Assembly: GCA_965228875.1 (NCBI GenBank)
Contig: OZ245843.1
Location: 3,578,616-3,642,615, forward strand
Source: Thalassobaculaceae bacterium
Lineage (GTDB): Bacteria; Pseudomonadota; Alphaproteobacteria; Thalassobaculales; Thalassobaculaceae
DNA: 64,000 nt
Direction: 5' to 3'
Position numbers and translations under genes: made by a program
Part shown: positions 52,495 to 63,875 of the stretch, piece by piece
Layout of the letters: every line of letters begins with the position of its first letter
How positions within the stretch are numbered: the stretch's first letter is position 1
The notes under the pieces: model-generated
Databases searched by the model: none
What the model saw: the letters and a program-made list of their open reading frames with translations, nothing else
Told to the model about the DNA's origin: nothing

Positions 52495-53612
52495 ACCCGC
52501 ATCGGCATCAGGACGTAGAGCGCGCCGTCGTCGGCCTCGTCGGTGACGATGGTGGGCGAGGCGGCGTCGGCCATCTGGAAGACGGCCTTGCCGCTGTCGT
52601 CGACCTGATCGGCGATGTCCAGCAGGTAGCGGGAGTTGAAGCCGATCTCCATCGACGAGGCGCCGTACTCGACGTCCATCTCTTCCGTCGCCTGGGCGTT
52701 GTCCGGGCTGTTCGCCGACAGGGTCAGGCTGCCGTTTCCGAGCGCGAGCTTCACCGAGCGCGACTTCTCGGTCGAGATCGTCGCGACCCGGTCGACCGCC
52801 TTCTTGAAGGCGCCGCAGTCGACCCGCATCACCTTGTCGTTGCCGGCCGGGATCACCCGCTCGTAATCGGGGAAGGTGCCGTCGATCAGCTTGGTGGTCA
52901 GCACCGTGTCGGCGAAGGCGAAACGCAGCTTGTTCTCGCTCAGGCCGATCTGCACGTCGCCGTCGGTCTCGTCGATCAGCTTGCGGATCTCGTTCACCGC
53001 CTTGCGCGGCACGATCACCGACGGCATGCCCGCCGCCCCTTCCGGCAGCGGCATCTGCACCCGGGCGAGCCGGTGACCGTCGGTGGCGACCGCCCGCAGA
53101 ACCGCCATCCCGTTGGCCTGGGTCTCGTGCAGGTAGATGCCGTTGAGGTAGTACCGCGTCTCCTCGGTGGAGATGGCGAAGCGGGTGCGGTCGATGAGCG
53201 TCTTAGCGTCGGCGGCCGACAGCACGAAGTTGGTCGTCAGCTCGTCGCCGGACAGCGCCGGAAATTCCTCCACCGGCAGGGTCGGCAGCGAGAAGTTGGA
53301 TCGCCCCGCCCGGATCGCCATGCGCCCGCTGTCGCCGGCGACGTTGAGGCCGACCTCGGCGCCGTCGGGCAGCTTGCGGGCGATCTCGTAGAGCGTCAGC
53401 GCCGGCACCGTCGCCGATCCCGCCTGCTCGACCGAGCAGACCACGCTTTCCACCACGTCCATGTCCATGTCGGTCGCGGTCATGGACACCATGCCGTCCG
53501 CGGCCTTCAGGAGCACGTTCGCCAGGATCGGGATCGTGTTGCGGCGCTCGACGACGCTCTGAACATGGGCCAGCGGCTTCAGAAGGGCCGCCCGGTCAAT
53601 GGTGATCTTCAT
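52491..53612 (-). CDS. dnaN: DNA polymerase III beta clamp
   Basis: VERRNTIPIL, ETRYYLNG, ATDGHRL, FPDYERVIP, VLMPMRV. Confidence 0.98.
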
Positions 53613-53805
53613 GGGCTCGCTCGAACTGGAATGGCGCCTGTCGGACCGGCGTATCGCGGAAGCCGGCACCGCTCAGACCGACGGCATCCGACCGCCCGCG
53701 ACCCGGCGAATCGAAAGTCCGATTTTATAGCACGAAACGCTTGTGCACAGGGAGTTTTTCGCCGTCCGGCGCGGCGGGATCCGCCGGCGCCGGACGGTAG
53801 GCCGA

Positions 53806-55248
53806 TCACCCCTCCAGCATGCGCCGGAGCAGGTCCACGTCGGCGTCGAAATGCCGGTCCGTGGCCCGCAGTTCGTCGATCTTCTTCACGGCGTGCATGA
53901 CCGTCGTGTGGTCGCGCCCGCCGAACTTGCGGCCGATCTCCGGCAGCGACCGGTGGGTCAGCTGCTTGGACAGGTACATGGCAATCTGCCGCGGACGGGC
54001 GATGGCGCGCGCCCGGCGGGCCGAATACATGTCCGAGACCCGGATGTTGTAGTGCGACGCGACCTGCCGCTGGATCTCCTCGATCGTCACCCGGCGGTCG
54101 TTGGCCTTGAGAATATCGGCCAGAACCTCCTGCACCATCTCCAGCGTGATCGAGCGGCCGACCAGGGTGGAATGGGCCACCACCCGGTTCAGCGCGCCCT
54201 CCAGCTCGCGCACGTTGGAGCTGATCTTGTGCGACAGGAACTCCATGACCTTCGGCGGGATCTCGGCCTCCACCCGCTCGACCTTCGACTGCAGGATGCC
54301 CAGGCGAAGCTCGTAGTCGGTCGGATGGATATCGGCCACCAGCCCCCAGCCCAGGCGCGAGCGCAGCCGCTCCTCCATGCCGTCGAGGTTGGTCGGACTC
54401 TTGTCGGCGGAGATCACCACCTGGCGGTTGTTGTCCACCAGGGCGTTGAAGGTGTGGAAGAACTCCTCCTGGGTGCTGTCCTTGCCGCTGATGAACTGGA
54501 CGTCGTCGATCATCAGGACGTCGACCGAGCGGAACAGCTCCTTGAACGCGACGGTATCGCGATACCGCAGCGCCCGGATGAACTGGTACATGAACTTCTC
54601 GGCCGAGAGATACAGCACCCGGCGCTGCGGGTGGTTGCGCCGGATCTCCCAGGCGATCGCATGCATCAGGTGGGTCTTGCCGAGCCCGACCCCGCCGTAG
54701 AGGAACAGCGGATTGAACGACACGGTGTCGCTCTCCGCCAGCCGCCGCGCGGCGGCGAAGGCCAGTTCATTGGGCTTGCCGACCACGAAGTTCTCGAAGG
54801 TGAAGCGGGCGTCCAGCGGCGCCGACACCGAATCCAGGTCGCTCGCCTGCTCCCCGCCGACCGTCACCTCCGGCGCCGACATCGTCCTCGCACCGGCGGT
54901 GCCGGGACCAGCCGGGCGGTCTGCATGATCCGTCTGAAGCGACGCCTCCTGGCGCCCGGTGGCCTGATACTGCGCCTCCTGGCGCCCGGTGGCGATCACC
55001 TCCACCGCGCTGACGGCCGGGTCCTCGCCCTGCCACAGACCGCGCAGTCGGTCACCGTACTGGGTGACGACGCGGTCGCGCTCGAACTTCGACGGTATGG
55101 CCAGATAGACGGTCTGTCCGTCGCGGCGCGCCAGCGTCAGCGACCTGAGCCACCCGCGATACGCGGTCTCGCCGCATTCGGAGCGCAGACGCGTCTTGAC
55201 CCGCGCCCACTGCGCCGCCAGCACATCCCCATTTCCCGGCTCAGCCAT
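53806..55248 (-). CDS. dnaA: Chromosomal replication initiator DnaA
   Basis: FENFVVG, GGVGLGKTHL, IDDVQF, EEFFHTFN, GGRDHTTV. Confidence 0.98.
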   Translation of the reverse strand: MAEPGNGDVLAAQWARVKTRLRSECGETAYRGWLRSLTLARRDGQTVYLAIPSKFERDRVVTQYGDRLRGLWQGEDPAVSAVEVIATGRQEAQYQATGRQEASLQTDHADRPAGPGTAGARTMSAPEVTVGGEQASDLDSVSAPLDARFTFENFVVGKPNELAFAAARRLAESDTVSFNPLFLYGGVGLGKTHLMHAIAWEIRRNHPQRRVLYLSAEKFMYQFIRALRYRDTVAFKELFRSVDVLMIDDVQFISGKDSTQEEFFHTFNALVDNNRQVVISADKSPTNLDGMEERLRSRLGWGLVADIHPTDYELRLGILQSKVERVEAEIPPKVMEFLSHKISSNVRELEGALNRVVAHSTLVGRSITLEMVQEVLADILKANDRRVTIEEIQRQVASHYNIRVSDMYSARRARAIARPRQIAMYLSKQLTHRSLPEIGRKFGGRDHTTVMHAVKKIDELRATDRHFDADVDLLRRMLEG

Positions 55249-55569
55249 GACGACCCTCCCTAGCAAGGTCGCCGGTCAGCCCCCGACCGATTTTCAACAT
55301 GCCTGCGCGACTGTTCCAAGTTGACGATACATCCCCCGATAGGCTCCCCCAGCCGATCCGTGTCACCGTCCTTCCCTCGCATTGTCTTTGAACCCCGGAA
55401 ACCGGCGGTTCGTTGTGCCCCGAGAAATCGCGGCGGCATCGCAGCCACCCCCGCATTCGTGGATCCATCCGATCGGACAAACCGGGGCAGCCGCCGCGGC
55501 ACTTGCCGCCTCGCCGCCCGGCCCAAGTTCCCGGAAAATAAAACCGCAGAACCGGACCGACTTTAGCCG

Positions 55570-55930
55570 GTAGATCGAATGGAAGCCCGCTGGTTTGATG
55601 ACGAATTACTTGACATTATTCTTTCCGGTGCTTCGTAACTCGTCGTCAGCGGTGAGATTGGTAAGGTACTCGTCACGCCGATTGGGCGCAACCGAGTCGA
55701 ACACTCTGTGACGATTTTTTTTCGGCCTGCCGTGCAGATCGATCACCACTTTCCTCTAGAGTCTTTTCGATTCAGAGGATTGCTCTCGTTTTCTCATTCC
55801 AAACTGAACGAATCGGGGCAAATAGTTAATCAGTCCGAATCGTGGCGGGGATTCAGGCCGATAGGCTGCGTAACAATTGCGTCACAGGGGCGATGCCCGG
55901 AAACCGGCGCCCATCCAAATATCACGAGCG
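55570..55930. promoter_or_regulatory. AT-richer dnaA upstream control region with clustered GANTC (CcrM) sites
   Basis: GANTC at 55694, 55759, 55769, 55810, 55837, 55850; hairpin 55596-55648. Confidence 0.55.
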
Positions 55931-56165
55931 GCATGCCGACGGCCCGGCCGGCATCTCGGGCGCCCGGTTGCCGACATCGCACGGACCCAACCCGGCGCGC
56001 GTTACGGGCCGGTCGGAGCGCGGTGGCGCTGTCTGGGGAAACCGTCTTCGGGCCGGAGGTCGCACGGGCGGGTCCGGGGCCTTGCCGCGGCGCCGGCGAC
56101 CGCCAACGGAGCGGCCCCGGTGGTCGCCATGCGGACGTCCGGGTCCACAAGGCGCTTCCGCACGC

Positions 56166-56192
56166 AAAAAAGCCGCCGGTGACCGGCGGCTT
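56166..56192 (-). terminator. Intrinsic terminator of rpsT
   Basis: aagccgccggt-g-accggcggctt hairpin followed by a U-tract on the minus strand. Confidence 0.8.
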
Positions 56193-56220
56193 CCCGTCGC
56201 TCAGGCCGGAGCCCGAAAGA

Positions 56221-56487
56221 TCAGGCGCCGAGCGCCTTGATCCGGCTGTTGAGCCGCGACAGCTTGCGGGCGACCGTGTTGCGATGGAGCACGCCCTTGA
56301 CGACGCCCCGCTGCATCTCCGGCTGGGCGGCCTTGAAGGCCTCCAGGGCGGCGGTCTTGTCGCCTGTGGCGATCGCCTTCTCGACGCGCTTCACGTGGGT
56401 CCGAATGCGCGAGATGCGCGCATGATTGACTTCGGTCCGCCGTGCATTGCGCCGGATACGCTTTTCGGCTGAAGGATGGTTGGCCAT
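56221..56487 (-). CDS. rpsT: 30S ribosomal protein S20
   Basis: [12 protein letters not shown]...[12 protein letters not shown]. Confidence 0.97.
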   Translation of the reverse strand: MANHPSAEKRIRRNARRTEVNHARISRIRTHVKRVEKAIATGDKTAALEAFKAAQPEMQRGVVKGVLHRNTVARKLSRLNSRIKALGA

Positions 56488-56611
56488 TCTCGTCTCTCAA
56501 GTACGGCAGGTCCGTGGAAGGCGAGGCTTATACCGCCGGTCCCGGACGACGTCAACAATCTCTGACATCGTCCGGATCGAGAAACCCGCGCGCCCGCCCG
56601 GTGCGCCGGAA

Positions 56612-57388
56612 TCAGCGGTTCTTGAACGCCGGCTGGCGCTTCTCGATGAAGGCCGCCATGCCTTCCTTCTGATCCTCGGTCGCGAACAGCGAATGGAACA
56701 GGCGGCGCTCGAACCGCACCCCCTCGTTCAGGGTCGTCTCGTAGCTGCGGTTGACCGCCTCCTTGGCCATCATCACCGACGGCAGGGACAGGCCCGCGAT
56801 CCGGTCGGCGACCTTCATCACCTCGTCGAGCAGGTCCGCCGCCGGCACGATCCGGCTGACCAGACCCGAGCGCTCGGCCTCCTGGGCGTCCATGTTGCGG
56901 CCGGTGAGGACCATGTCCATCGCCTTGGATTTGCCGACGAAGCGGGTCAGGCGCTGCGACCCGCCGGCACCGGGAATGACGCCGAGATTGATCTCGGGCT
57001 GCCCGAACTTCGCCGTGTCGGCGGCGATGATGAAGTCGCACATCATCGCAAGCTCACACCCACCGCCGAGCGCGTAGCCGGAAACCGCCGCGATCACGGG
57101 CTTGCGGACCTGCAGGATGGTTTCCCAGCCGGAGGTGATGAAGTCCTCGGAGTAGACGTCGGCAAAGCCCTTCGCCTGCATCTCCTTGATGTCGGCGCCG
57201 GCGGCGAACGCCTTCTCGCTGCCGGTCAGCACGATGCACCCGATCTCCGGATCGGCATCCGCCGCAAGCAGCGCCGCACCCAGTTCGGCCATCAGCGGCG
57301 AGGACAGCGCGTTCAGGGCCTTGGGACGGTTCAGGGTGATCAGCGAAACGCGCCCGCGCGTCTCGGTCAGAATGTTCTCGTAGGGCAT
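56612..57388 (-). CDS. Enoyl-CoA hydratase
   Basis: [38 protein letters not shown]. Confidence 0.94.
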   Translation of the reverse strand: MPYENILTETRGRVSLITLNRPKALNALSSPLMAELGAALLAADADPEIGCIVLTGSEKAFAAGADIKEMQAKGFADVYSEDFITSGWETILQVRKPVIAAVSGYALGGGCELAMMCDFIIAADTAKFGQPEINLGVIPGAGGSQRLTRFVGKSKAMDMVLTGRNMDAQEAERSGLVSRIVPAADLLDEVMKVADRIAGLSLPSVMMAKEAVNRSYETTLNEGVRFERRLFHSLFATEDQKEGMAAFIEKRQPAFKNR

Positions 57389-57440
57389 CTCGGTTACTCC
57401 CGGGTCGCGCCGGCGCTCCGTGCGGAGCCGGCGGTTGCGA

Positions 57441-57830
57441 TCATCGCGGCACCAGTTCGAAGCGGACCACAAGTCCGCCCCGCTCGATCACCGCGTCGAG
57501 ATTCAATTCCTCGTCCGCACGCGCCCAGCGATCCGCCTCCAGCCTGTCCCAGCCGAGCTGGGGCAGCGTGGCGTCGTAGAACGCGCGGACATCCTCCATG
57601 GCAACCAGGCCTTCGGCGAAGGCGACGACGATCCGCCCGGCCAGCGCCTCGAAGGCCACGCTGGCCGCCGGCACGCTCTCCAGACCCGGCATGAGGGGCA
57701 GATCCTCGATGCCGTCGACGAACCCGTCGGCCGCCGCCGGCGCCCGCACGAAAAGCAGGCCTGCCAGCGCCAACGCGGCGAGCAGATGGATTCGGGCGCG
57801 TCGCGACGGCGGGTTCGACGGCGGGTTCAT
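57441..57830 (-). CDS. Secreted hypothetical protein
   Basis: Signal peptide; DLPLMPGL...GRIV...[11 protein letters not shown]. Confidence 0.72.
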   Translation of the reverse strand: MNPPSNPPSRRARIHLLAALALAGLLFVRAPAAADGFVDGIEDLPLMPGLESVPAASVAFEALAGRIVVAFAEGLVAMEDVRAFYDATLPQLGWDRLEADRWARADEELNLDAVIERGGLVVRFELVPR

Positions 57831-57846
57831 GGCGCCGGCTTCTACC

Positions 57847-58677
57847 TCAGCGTTGACAGCGGGGACAATAGAAAGTGGACCGCCCTGCCTGGACCAGGCG
57901 CGCGACCGTGCCGGTGCAGTCCGGCGTCCGGCAGCTCTCCCCGGCGCGATCGTACACCCGGAAGGTGTGCTGGAAATAGCCGAGTTCACCGGAAACCTGC
58001 CGGTGGTCGCGCAGGCTCGATCCGCCGGCGGCGATCGCCTCGGTCAGAACCGTCTTGACCGCCGCGGCAAGCCGTTCGGCCCGCGCGCCGTGGACGTTCA
58101 GTGCCATGCGCCGAGGCGAGATCCCGGAGCGATGCAACGCCTCGCAGGCGTAGATGTTGCCGACACCGGCCACCACCTTCTGATCCAGGAGCGCGGCCTT
58201 GATCGGCGTGTGCTTGCCGGCAAGCGCCGACTCCAGGGCCGGGCCGGAAAACGCGTTGCCCAGCGGCTCCGGCCCGATGCCCTTGAGCAGCCGGTGGCGC
58301 TCCATCCCGTCGGTGGGCCATAGGTCCATCATGCCGAAGCGGCGGGCGTCGTTGAACCGCACCCAGGTCCCGTCATCGGTTCGGAAGACCACGTGATCGT
58401 GGGCCGCCAGCACCGGTTTCGCCCCGTCGGAGATCAGCATCCGCCCGGACATGCCGAGATGGATCATCCAGCTCATCCCGTCGTCGAGGTCGATCAGGAT
58501 GTACTTCGCGCGGCGCCGAAGGGCGACCACCCGTCGACCGGTAAGACGCGCCGCGAACCCGTCCGGCAGGGGCCAGCGCAGATCCGGGCGACGGGCCTCG
58601 ACCTCGGCCAGGGCGCGGCCGTCCATCCGGGCGGCGAGGCCGCGCATCACGGTTTCGACTTCGGGCAGCTCGGGCAT
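57847..58677 (-). CDS. mutM: Formamidopyrimidine-DNA glycosylase
   Basis: [25 protein letters not shown]-terminal zinc finger FYCPRCQ. Confidence 0.97.
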   Translation of the reverse strand: MPELPEVETVMRGLAARMDGRALAEVEARRPDLRWPLPDGFAARLTGRRVVALRRRAKYILIDLDDGMSWMIHLGMSGRMLISDGAKPVLAAHDHVVFRTDDGTWVRFNDARRFGMMDLWPTDGMERHRLLKGIGPEPLGNAFSGPALESALAGKHTPIKAALLDQKVVAGVGNIYACEALHRSGISPRRMALNVHGARAERLAAAVKTVLTEAIAAGGSSLRDHRQVSGELGYFQHTFRVYDRAGESCRTPDCTGTVARLVQAGRSTFYCPRCQR

Positions 58678-58816
58678 GACGGCGGACGGTATCCCGCCGC
58701 CGGCCGGCCGCCAAGCCGGAGATTCCCCCGCCCCGGTCCGCGCTCGTCGCGCTTGATTAACCGTCGGGAGCGGCCTAAGCCAAGCCGAAGGATCCGGCAG
58801 GCAGAAGGTGAACGCC

Positions 58817-59599
58817 ATGGCCAGCAAGCGCGAAGCCGCGACGCAGGGCGACCCGAAGATCCGCGACGGCGTGACCGATTTCGGTTTCGCCTCGGTGTCG
58901 GTCGAGGAGAAGGGCGCACGGGTGCGCGCCGTCTTCGACAGCGTCGCCTCCAACTACGATCTGATGAACGACCTGATGAGCCTCGGCGTCCATCGGGTCT
59001 GGAAGCGCGCCTTCATCGACTGGCTGACCCCGCGCGCGGGCCAGCATCTGCTGGACGTGGCCGGCGGCACCGGCGACATCGCCACGCTGTGGCGGCGCAG
59101 CGGCGGCGGCCCGGTCACCGTCTGCGACATCAATGCCGAGATGATCGGCGTCGGGCGCAACCGCCTGGCCGATGCCGGCGGCGATGCGGCCGTCGACTGG
59201 GTGGTGGGCAACGCCGAGGACCTGCCCCTGGCCGATGGCGCGGTCGACCGGGTGACCATCGCGTTCGGCCTGCGCAACGTCACCCGCATCGACCGGGCGC
59301 TGGCGGAGATGCGGCGGGTGCTGCGCCCCGGCGGACGGTTCCTGTGCCTCGAGTTCTCCCGCCCGACCCAGCCCTGGCTCGACCCGGTCTACGACGCCTA
59401 TTCGTTCAAGGTGCTGCCCTGGCTCGGCGACAGGGTCGCCCGGGACCGCGAATCCTACCAGTACCTGGCCGAGAGCATCCGACGCTTCCCCGACCAGCAG
59501 GATCTGGCGGAACGCATGCGGCGTGTCGGTTTCGAGCGCGTGACCTGGCGCAACCTGTCGGCCGGGATCGCCGCGATCCATTCGGGTTGGCGCCTCTAG
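58817..59599 (+). CDS. ubiE: Ubiquinone/menaquinone C-methyltransferase
   Basis: [43 protein letters not shown]. Confidence 0.96.
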   Translation: MASKREAATQGDPKIRDGVTDFGFASVSVEEKGARVRAVFDSVASNYDLMNDLMSLGVHRVWKRAFIDWLTPRAGQHLLDVAGGTGDIATLWRRSGGGPVTVCDINAEMIGVGRNRLADAGGDAAVDWVVGNAEDLPLADGAVDRVTIAFGLRNVTRIDRALAEMRRVLRPGGRFLCLEFSRPTQPWLDPVYDAYSFKVLPWLGDRVARDRESYQYLAESIRRFPDQQDLAERMRRVGFERVTWRNLSAGIAAIHSGWRL

Positions 59600-59618
59600 G
59601 CATGGGCCGGCGGCGGCG

Positions 59619-61166
59619 ATGATCCGTGCCCTGCGCAACCTGATCCGGCTGTTCCGGATCCTGTGGGTCCTGGCCCGCCACGGGGTGTTCGAGCCCCTCG
59701 AGACGGTGGCCGAGGCGCCCACGGTGTCCGGCGCCGCCCGGCTGGCCCGGCGGCTGCGCAGCCCGGCGGTCTCGGGACGCTGGGGCGAACGGCTCGCCGC
59801 CGCCCTGGTGCGGCTCGGCCCCAGCTTCGTCAAGCTCGGCCAGTCGCTGGCGACCCGGGCCGACCTGATCGGCGATCAGGCCTCCGAGGACCTGACCCGG
59901 CTGCAGGACCGGCTCGCCCCGTTCGAGCGGACGGTCGCCCGTCAGACCCTGGAAACCGAACTCGGCGCGCCGGTCGACACGCTGTTCGCGCGGTTCGACG
60001 AGACGCCGATCGCCGCCGCGTCGATCGCCCAGGTGCACCGGGCCCGGACCACCGACGGCCGCGAGGTGGCGGTGAAGATCCTGCGACCGGGGATCGAGGA
60101 GGCGGTGGCGCGCGACCTCGACCTGTTCTCCTGGATCGCCGAGACCCTGCAGCGGCTGATGCCCTGGTCCCACCGGTTCAAGCCGGTCGACACCGTGCAG
60201 GTGTTCCGCGAGACCGTGGAGATCGAGATGGACCTGCGGCTTGAGGCCGCCGCCGCCGCCGAGCTGGCGGAGAACTTCGCCGGCGACGACGCCTTCGCCG
60301 TCGCCGAGGTCGACTGGGACCGCACCACCCGGCGGGTGTTCACCAGCCGGTGGATCGACGGTTTCCGCATCGACGACGCCGAGGCGCTCACCGCCGCCGG
60401 CCTCGACCCGACCGACCTGCTGGCCCGCTCGGCCGGGGTGTTCTTCAACCAGGTTTTCCGCGACGGCTTCTTCCATGCCGACATGCATCCCGGAAACATG
60501 CTGGTGACGCCGGACGGCACGCTGATCCCCGTCGATTTCGGCATCATGGGCCGGCTGGACCTGGAGACCCGGACCTACCTTGCCGACACTCTCACAGGGT
60601 TCCTGCTGAGCAACTGGCGGTCGGTCGCCGAGGTCCATTTCCGCATGGGGATGGTGCCGTCGCACAAGTCCGTCGACCTGTTCACCCAGGCCGTGCGCTC
60701 GGTCGGCGAGCCGCTGATGGACAAACCGCTCAACGAGGTCTCCGTCGCCAAGCTGCTGGGCCAGGTCCTGCGCATCGCCGAAACCTTCGAGATGGAGGCG
60801 CAGCCGCAACTCCTGCTTCTGCACAAGACCATGGTGGTCTCCGAGGGGGTGGGACGTCGGCTGAACCCGAACGTCAACATGTGGGAACTGGCGCGCCCGC
60901 TGATCGAGGCCTGGATGCGCGAGAACCGCGGGCCCGAGGCGCGGGCCGCCCGGGTCAGCAGCGATGTGCTGCGCGGCATCGAGCGGCTGCCGGCCCTGGT
61001 GCGCGCCGCCGACCGCCTGCTGGAGCACCTGGACGAAGGCGGCTTGAAGCTCCACCCGCAGACCGTGAGGATGATGGCCCGCGAGCAGTCCCGGGCGCGG
61101 CGCTCCTCCTGGCCGGTCTGGGCGGCGCTGGCGGCCGGTCTGGCGCTCGGCCTCCTGTTCGGATGA
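59619..61166 (+). CDS. ubiB: Ubiquinone biosynthesis kinase-like protein UbiB
   Basis: LGPSFVKLGQ, AAASIAQVH, VKILRPG, FFHADMHPGN, DFGIMG. Confidence 0.95.
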   Translation: MIRALRNLIRLFRILWVLARHGVFEPLETVAEAPTVSGAARLARRLRSPAVSGRWGERLAAALVRLGPSFVKLGQSLATRADLIGDQASEDLTRLQDRLAPFERTVARQTLETELGAPVDTLFARFDETPIAAASIAQVHRARTTDGREVAVKILRPGIEEAVARDLDLFSWIAETLQRLMPWSHRFKPVDTVQVFRETVEIEMDLRLEAAAAAELAENFAGDDAFAVAEVDWDRTTRRVFTSRWIDGFRIDDAEALTAAGLDPTDLLARSAGVFFNQVFRDGFFHADMHPGNMLVTPDGTLIPVDFGIMGRLDLETRTYLADTLTGFLLSNWRSVAEVHFRMGMVPSHKSVDLFTQAVRSVGEPLMDKPLNEVSVAKLLGQVLRIAETFEMEAQPQLLLLHKTMVVSEGVGRRLNPNVNMWELARPLIEAWMRENRGPEARAARVSSDVLRGIERLPALVRAADRLLEHLDEGGLKLHPQTVRMMAREQSRARRSSWPVWAALAAGLALGLLFG

Positions 61167-61173
61167 CCGCACG

Positions 61174-62091
61174 ATGGCGTTTCTCGATCACATTCGACAC
61201 TGCAATGCCCAAGGCCCGGCCCGTGGCCCGGCCAATGATCTAAGGGACTTCGTGCCGTTCCGCGTCGGCCAGGCCCGCGTCGGGCTGATACGCCGGGGCC
61301 TGTCGCTGGAGCTGCGCCGGTTCGCCGGTCTGTTCCACGTGTTCGAGGACCTGGTGCATCTCGACCCCCGGCTGACCACCTACGACGCCCGCAGCGAGGC
61401 GGTCGGCGGCGCCCTCGCCACCCTGGCGGAGGACGGCCTTCTGCCACCACCGCGCGGCGAGAGCTACCCGGTGATGGAACGGCTGGGCGGACCCGCGGTC
61501 CTGGAGATCGACCGGGCGGCGGCCACGGCCTTCGGCATCATCAACCGCGGCTTTCACCTGAACGGCATCGTCGGGTCCGGCGAGGACGCCCGAATGTGGG
61601 TGGCACGCCGGGCCTGGGACAAGACGACCTATCCCGGCTGCCTCGACAACATCGTCGCCGGCGGCCATCCGGTCGGCTACAGCCCGCAGGAGAACCTGAT
61701 CAAGGAGTGCGCCGAGGAGGCCGGGATCGGCGCGGACCTCGCCCGCCGGGCCATACCGACAGGCATGGTCTCCTACGTCATGGAAGTGGCGGGCGACGAC
61801 CCGGCCGGGATCGGCGGCGGCCTGCGCCGCCATGCCTTCTGGGTCTACGATCTCGACCTTCCGCAGACGTTCCGGCCGGTCGCCGTCGACGGCGAGGTGG
61901 CGGAGTTCATGCTGATGCCATGGCGCGAGGTCGCCGAGATCGTGGAACGTGGCGTCGTCGAGGGGCCGCAGGGCTTCAAGTACAACTGCAACCTGGTGGT
62001 GATCGACTGGCTGATCCGCACCGGCCGCATCGCCCCGGATCACCCGGACTACCTGGAGCTCTGCACCGGGCTGCATGCCGCGTTTCCGTGA
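61174..62091 (+). CDS. DUF4743/NUDIX hydrolase
   Basis: MWVARR, YPGCLDNIVAGG, KECAEEAG Nudix box, DGEV, FKYNC. Confidence 0.87.
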   Translation: MAFLDHIRHCNAQGPARGPANDLRDFVPFRVGQARVGLIRRGLSLELRRFAGLFHVFEDLVHLDPRLTTYDARSEAVGGALATLAEDGLLPPPRGESYPVMERLGGPAVLEIDRAAATAFGIINRGFHLNGIVGSGEDARMWVARRAWDKTTYPGCLDNIVAGGHPVGYSPQENLIKECAEEAGIGADLARRAIPTGMVSYVMEVAGDDPAGIGGGLRRHAFWVYDLDLPQTFRPVAVDGEVAEFMLMPWREVAEIVERGVVEGPQGFKYNCNLVVIDWLIRTGRIAPDHPDYLELCTGLHAAFP

Positions 62092-62123
62092 GCGACGGCC
62101 CATTCTCTGGAGAGTGTCGTCAG

Positions 62124-62915
62124 TTATGGCGCCGTCAGGTCGGGACGCCCGAGCAGGTCCGCCAGAGGCGCGATGGACACCGTCCCGGACGCGCGGTCGA
62201 GGCGCGCTGCGAGATGCCCGGCCGTCGCCTCGGCGAAGGCCCGCTCCGGCACCGCGTCGGCCGCGACGATCCGGAACTCCAGGGCCAGCCGGCGGACCTG
62301 CGCGCCCTCCAGACGCTGGGTCCGGTGCAGCACATGCTGATCGAAGACGAAGCAGGTACCGGGAGCGATCACCGGCGCGACACGCCGAGGCGTCGGCCCG
62401 GTCAGGTCCCCGATCCGCTCGGGGTCCAGCGATCGCCCACCGCTGGCGTCGCGCTCCAGACCCTCCCAGAACCTGCGGACCTCGGCGTCCGGAACCGGCG
62501 ACGCCGGCAGACAGAACTCCAGCCCAGGCGCGGTGCGTCCGACCTCCATGAACGGCACCCAGGCGGTCAGCAGGGGAACGTCGAAGCCATAGAAATTGGC
62601 GTCCAGATGCCAGGGGACATAGGTCCGGTTCACCTCCGGACGCTGTGAGCGAAATTTGCTCATCTCCAGCAGAAGAACGGGTTCACGACCGAACGCCTCG
62701 CGGTACAGCGCCGGCAGCGGACCGTTCCAGAAATACCGCAGGACCAGTCGCAGATAGTCACGCTCGCGCGGCGCGAACGGCGCCTCGTGGAACACCGCCA
62801 GCGAGCGGGGATCGGGCTGTCCCGCCGCCGTTCGCGCCGCGACGATGGCCGCGATCCCGCGATAGATCCGCAGGGTCGTCTCGGCGTCCAGCGATCGGCA
62901 TTCCTTGAGCAGCAC
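62124..62915 (-). CDS. Putative Fe(II)/2OG dioxygenase (PhyH-like)
   Basis: PWHLD (HxD), TAWVPF, FDQHVLHRT, R..LEFR; start uncertain. Confidence 0.7.
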   Translation of the reverse strand: MLLKECRSLDAETTLRIYRGIAAIVAARTAAGQPDPRSLAVFHEAPFAPRERDYLRLVLRYFWNGPLPALYREAFGREPVLLLEMSKFRSQRPEVNRTYVPWHLDANFYGFDVPLLTAWVPFMEVGRTAPGLEFCLPASPVPDAEVRRFWEGLERDASGGRSLDPERIGDLTGPTPRRVAPVIAPGTCFVFDQHVLHRTQRLEGAQVRRLALEFRIVAADAVPERAFAEATAGHLAARLDRASGTVSIAPLADLLGRPDLTAP

Positions 62916-62957
62916 GACGTTCCCCCGATGCCGCCGCCATGGACAGCTGGTCGAATG

Positions 62958-63818
62958 CTATCCCCGCGGCCGCCCGCCGGCCACCCGCGCCCGGACCTCC
63001 TCGGCACTGACCCCGCTCTCCTTCAGGGCCCGCAGCGTCAGCGACCGGTCACGCTTGGCGAAGCGCCGGCCGGTCTCGGGGTCGACCAAGAGCGGATGGT
63101 GGGCGTAGTCCGGCACCGGCAGGTCCAGCAGCGCCTGGAGCAGGCGGTGGACATGGGTCGCGTGGAACAGGTCCTCGCCGCGGGTCACCAGGGTCACGCC
63201 CTGCAGCGCGTCGTCCACCGTCACCGCCAGGTGATAGGAGGTGGCGATGTCCTTGCGCGCCAGAACCACGTCGCCGAACACCTCGGGCCGGGCCTCCTGA
63301 ATGCCGTGGTTCCGGTCGGACCAGGTCAGCGGACCGGCGATCCGCGCCGACTCGGCCATGCGAAGGCGCAGGGCGTAGGGCTCCCCCGCCGCCTCCCGAC
63401 GGTGCCGCTCCTCCTCCGGCATCAGGGCGTCGGTATCGGTCACCGCCGGTCCGTCCGGTCCCGTCATCGGCCGGTGATGCGGGGCGGAGAGCGCCTCGTC
63501 CAGTTCCCTTCGGGAATGGAAGCACTTGTACAGCAGCCCCATTCCCTCAAGCCGGTCGAGGGCGGCGCGGTGGTCGTCCAGGTGCTCGGACTGGCGCCGC
63601 ACCGGCGTCTCCCACTCCAGGCCGAGCCACGCCAGATCCTCCAGGATCGCCGCCTCGAACGCCGGCCGGCAACGGGTGATGTCGATATCCTCGATCCGCA
63701 GCAGGAACCGGTCCCCCCGCACGCGCTCGACGAACGACGTCGCGTGCAGCGCCGAATAGGCGTGGCCGAGATGCAGGAAGCCGGTCGGGCTCGGGGCGAA
63801 GCGGGTCGTGGTGGCCAT
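62958..63818 (-). CDS. gluQ: Glutamyl-Q tRNA(Asp) synthetase
   Basis: TRFAPSPTGFLHLGH, LRIEDID, YHLAVTVDD, RGEDL, AKRD; lacks the anticodon domain. Confidence 0.92.
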   Translation of the reverse strand: MATTTRFAPSPTGFLHLGHAYSALHATSFVERVRGDRFLLRIEDIDITRCRPAFEAAILEDLAWLGLEWETPVRRQSEHLDDHRAALDRLEGMGLLYKCFHSRRELDEALSAPHHRPMTGPDGPAVTDTDALMPEEERHRREAAGEPYALRLRMAESARIAGPLTWSDRNHGIQEARPEVFGDVVLARKDIATSYHLAVTVDDALQGVTLVTRGEDLFHATHVHRLLQALLDLPVPDYAHHPLLVDPETGRRFAKRDRSLTLRALKESGVSAEEVRARVAGGRPRG

Positions 63819-63875
63819 CCCCGCCGACTATAGCTAGGCTCGCGCCCGGTCAACGGATAGCGATGGAAGACGGCG

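Noticed and set aside
53741..53749. DnaA-box-like TTGTGCACA between dnaA and dnaN
   Set aside because: A single mismatched copy; not enough support.
55249..56220. Calling the rpsT-dnaA gap oriC
   Set aside because: I could not find a cluster of consensus TTATCCACA boxes, and alphaproteobacterial origins are often away from dnaA. Kept only as a regulatory-region finding.
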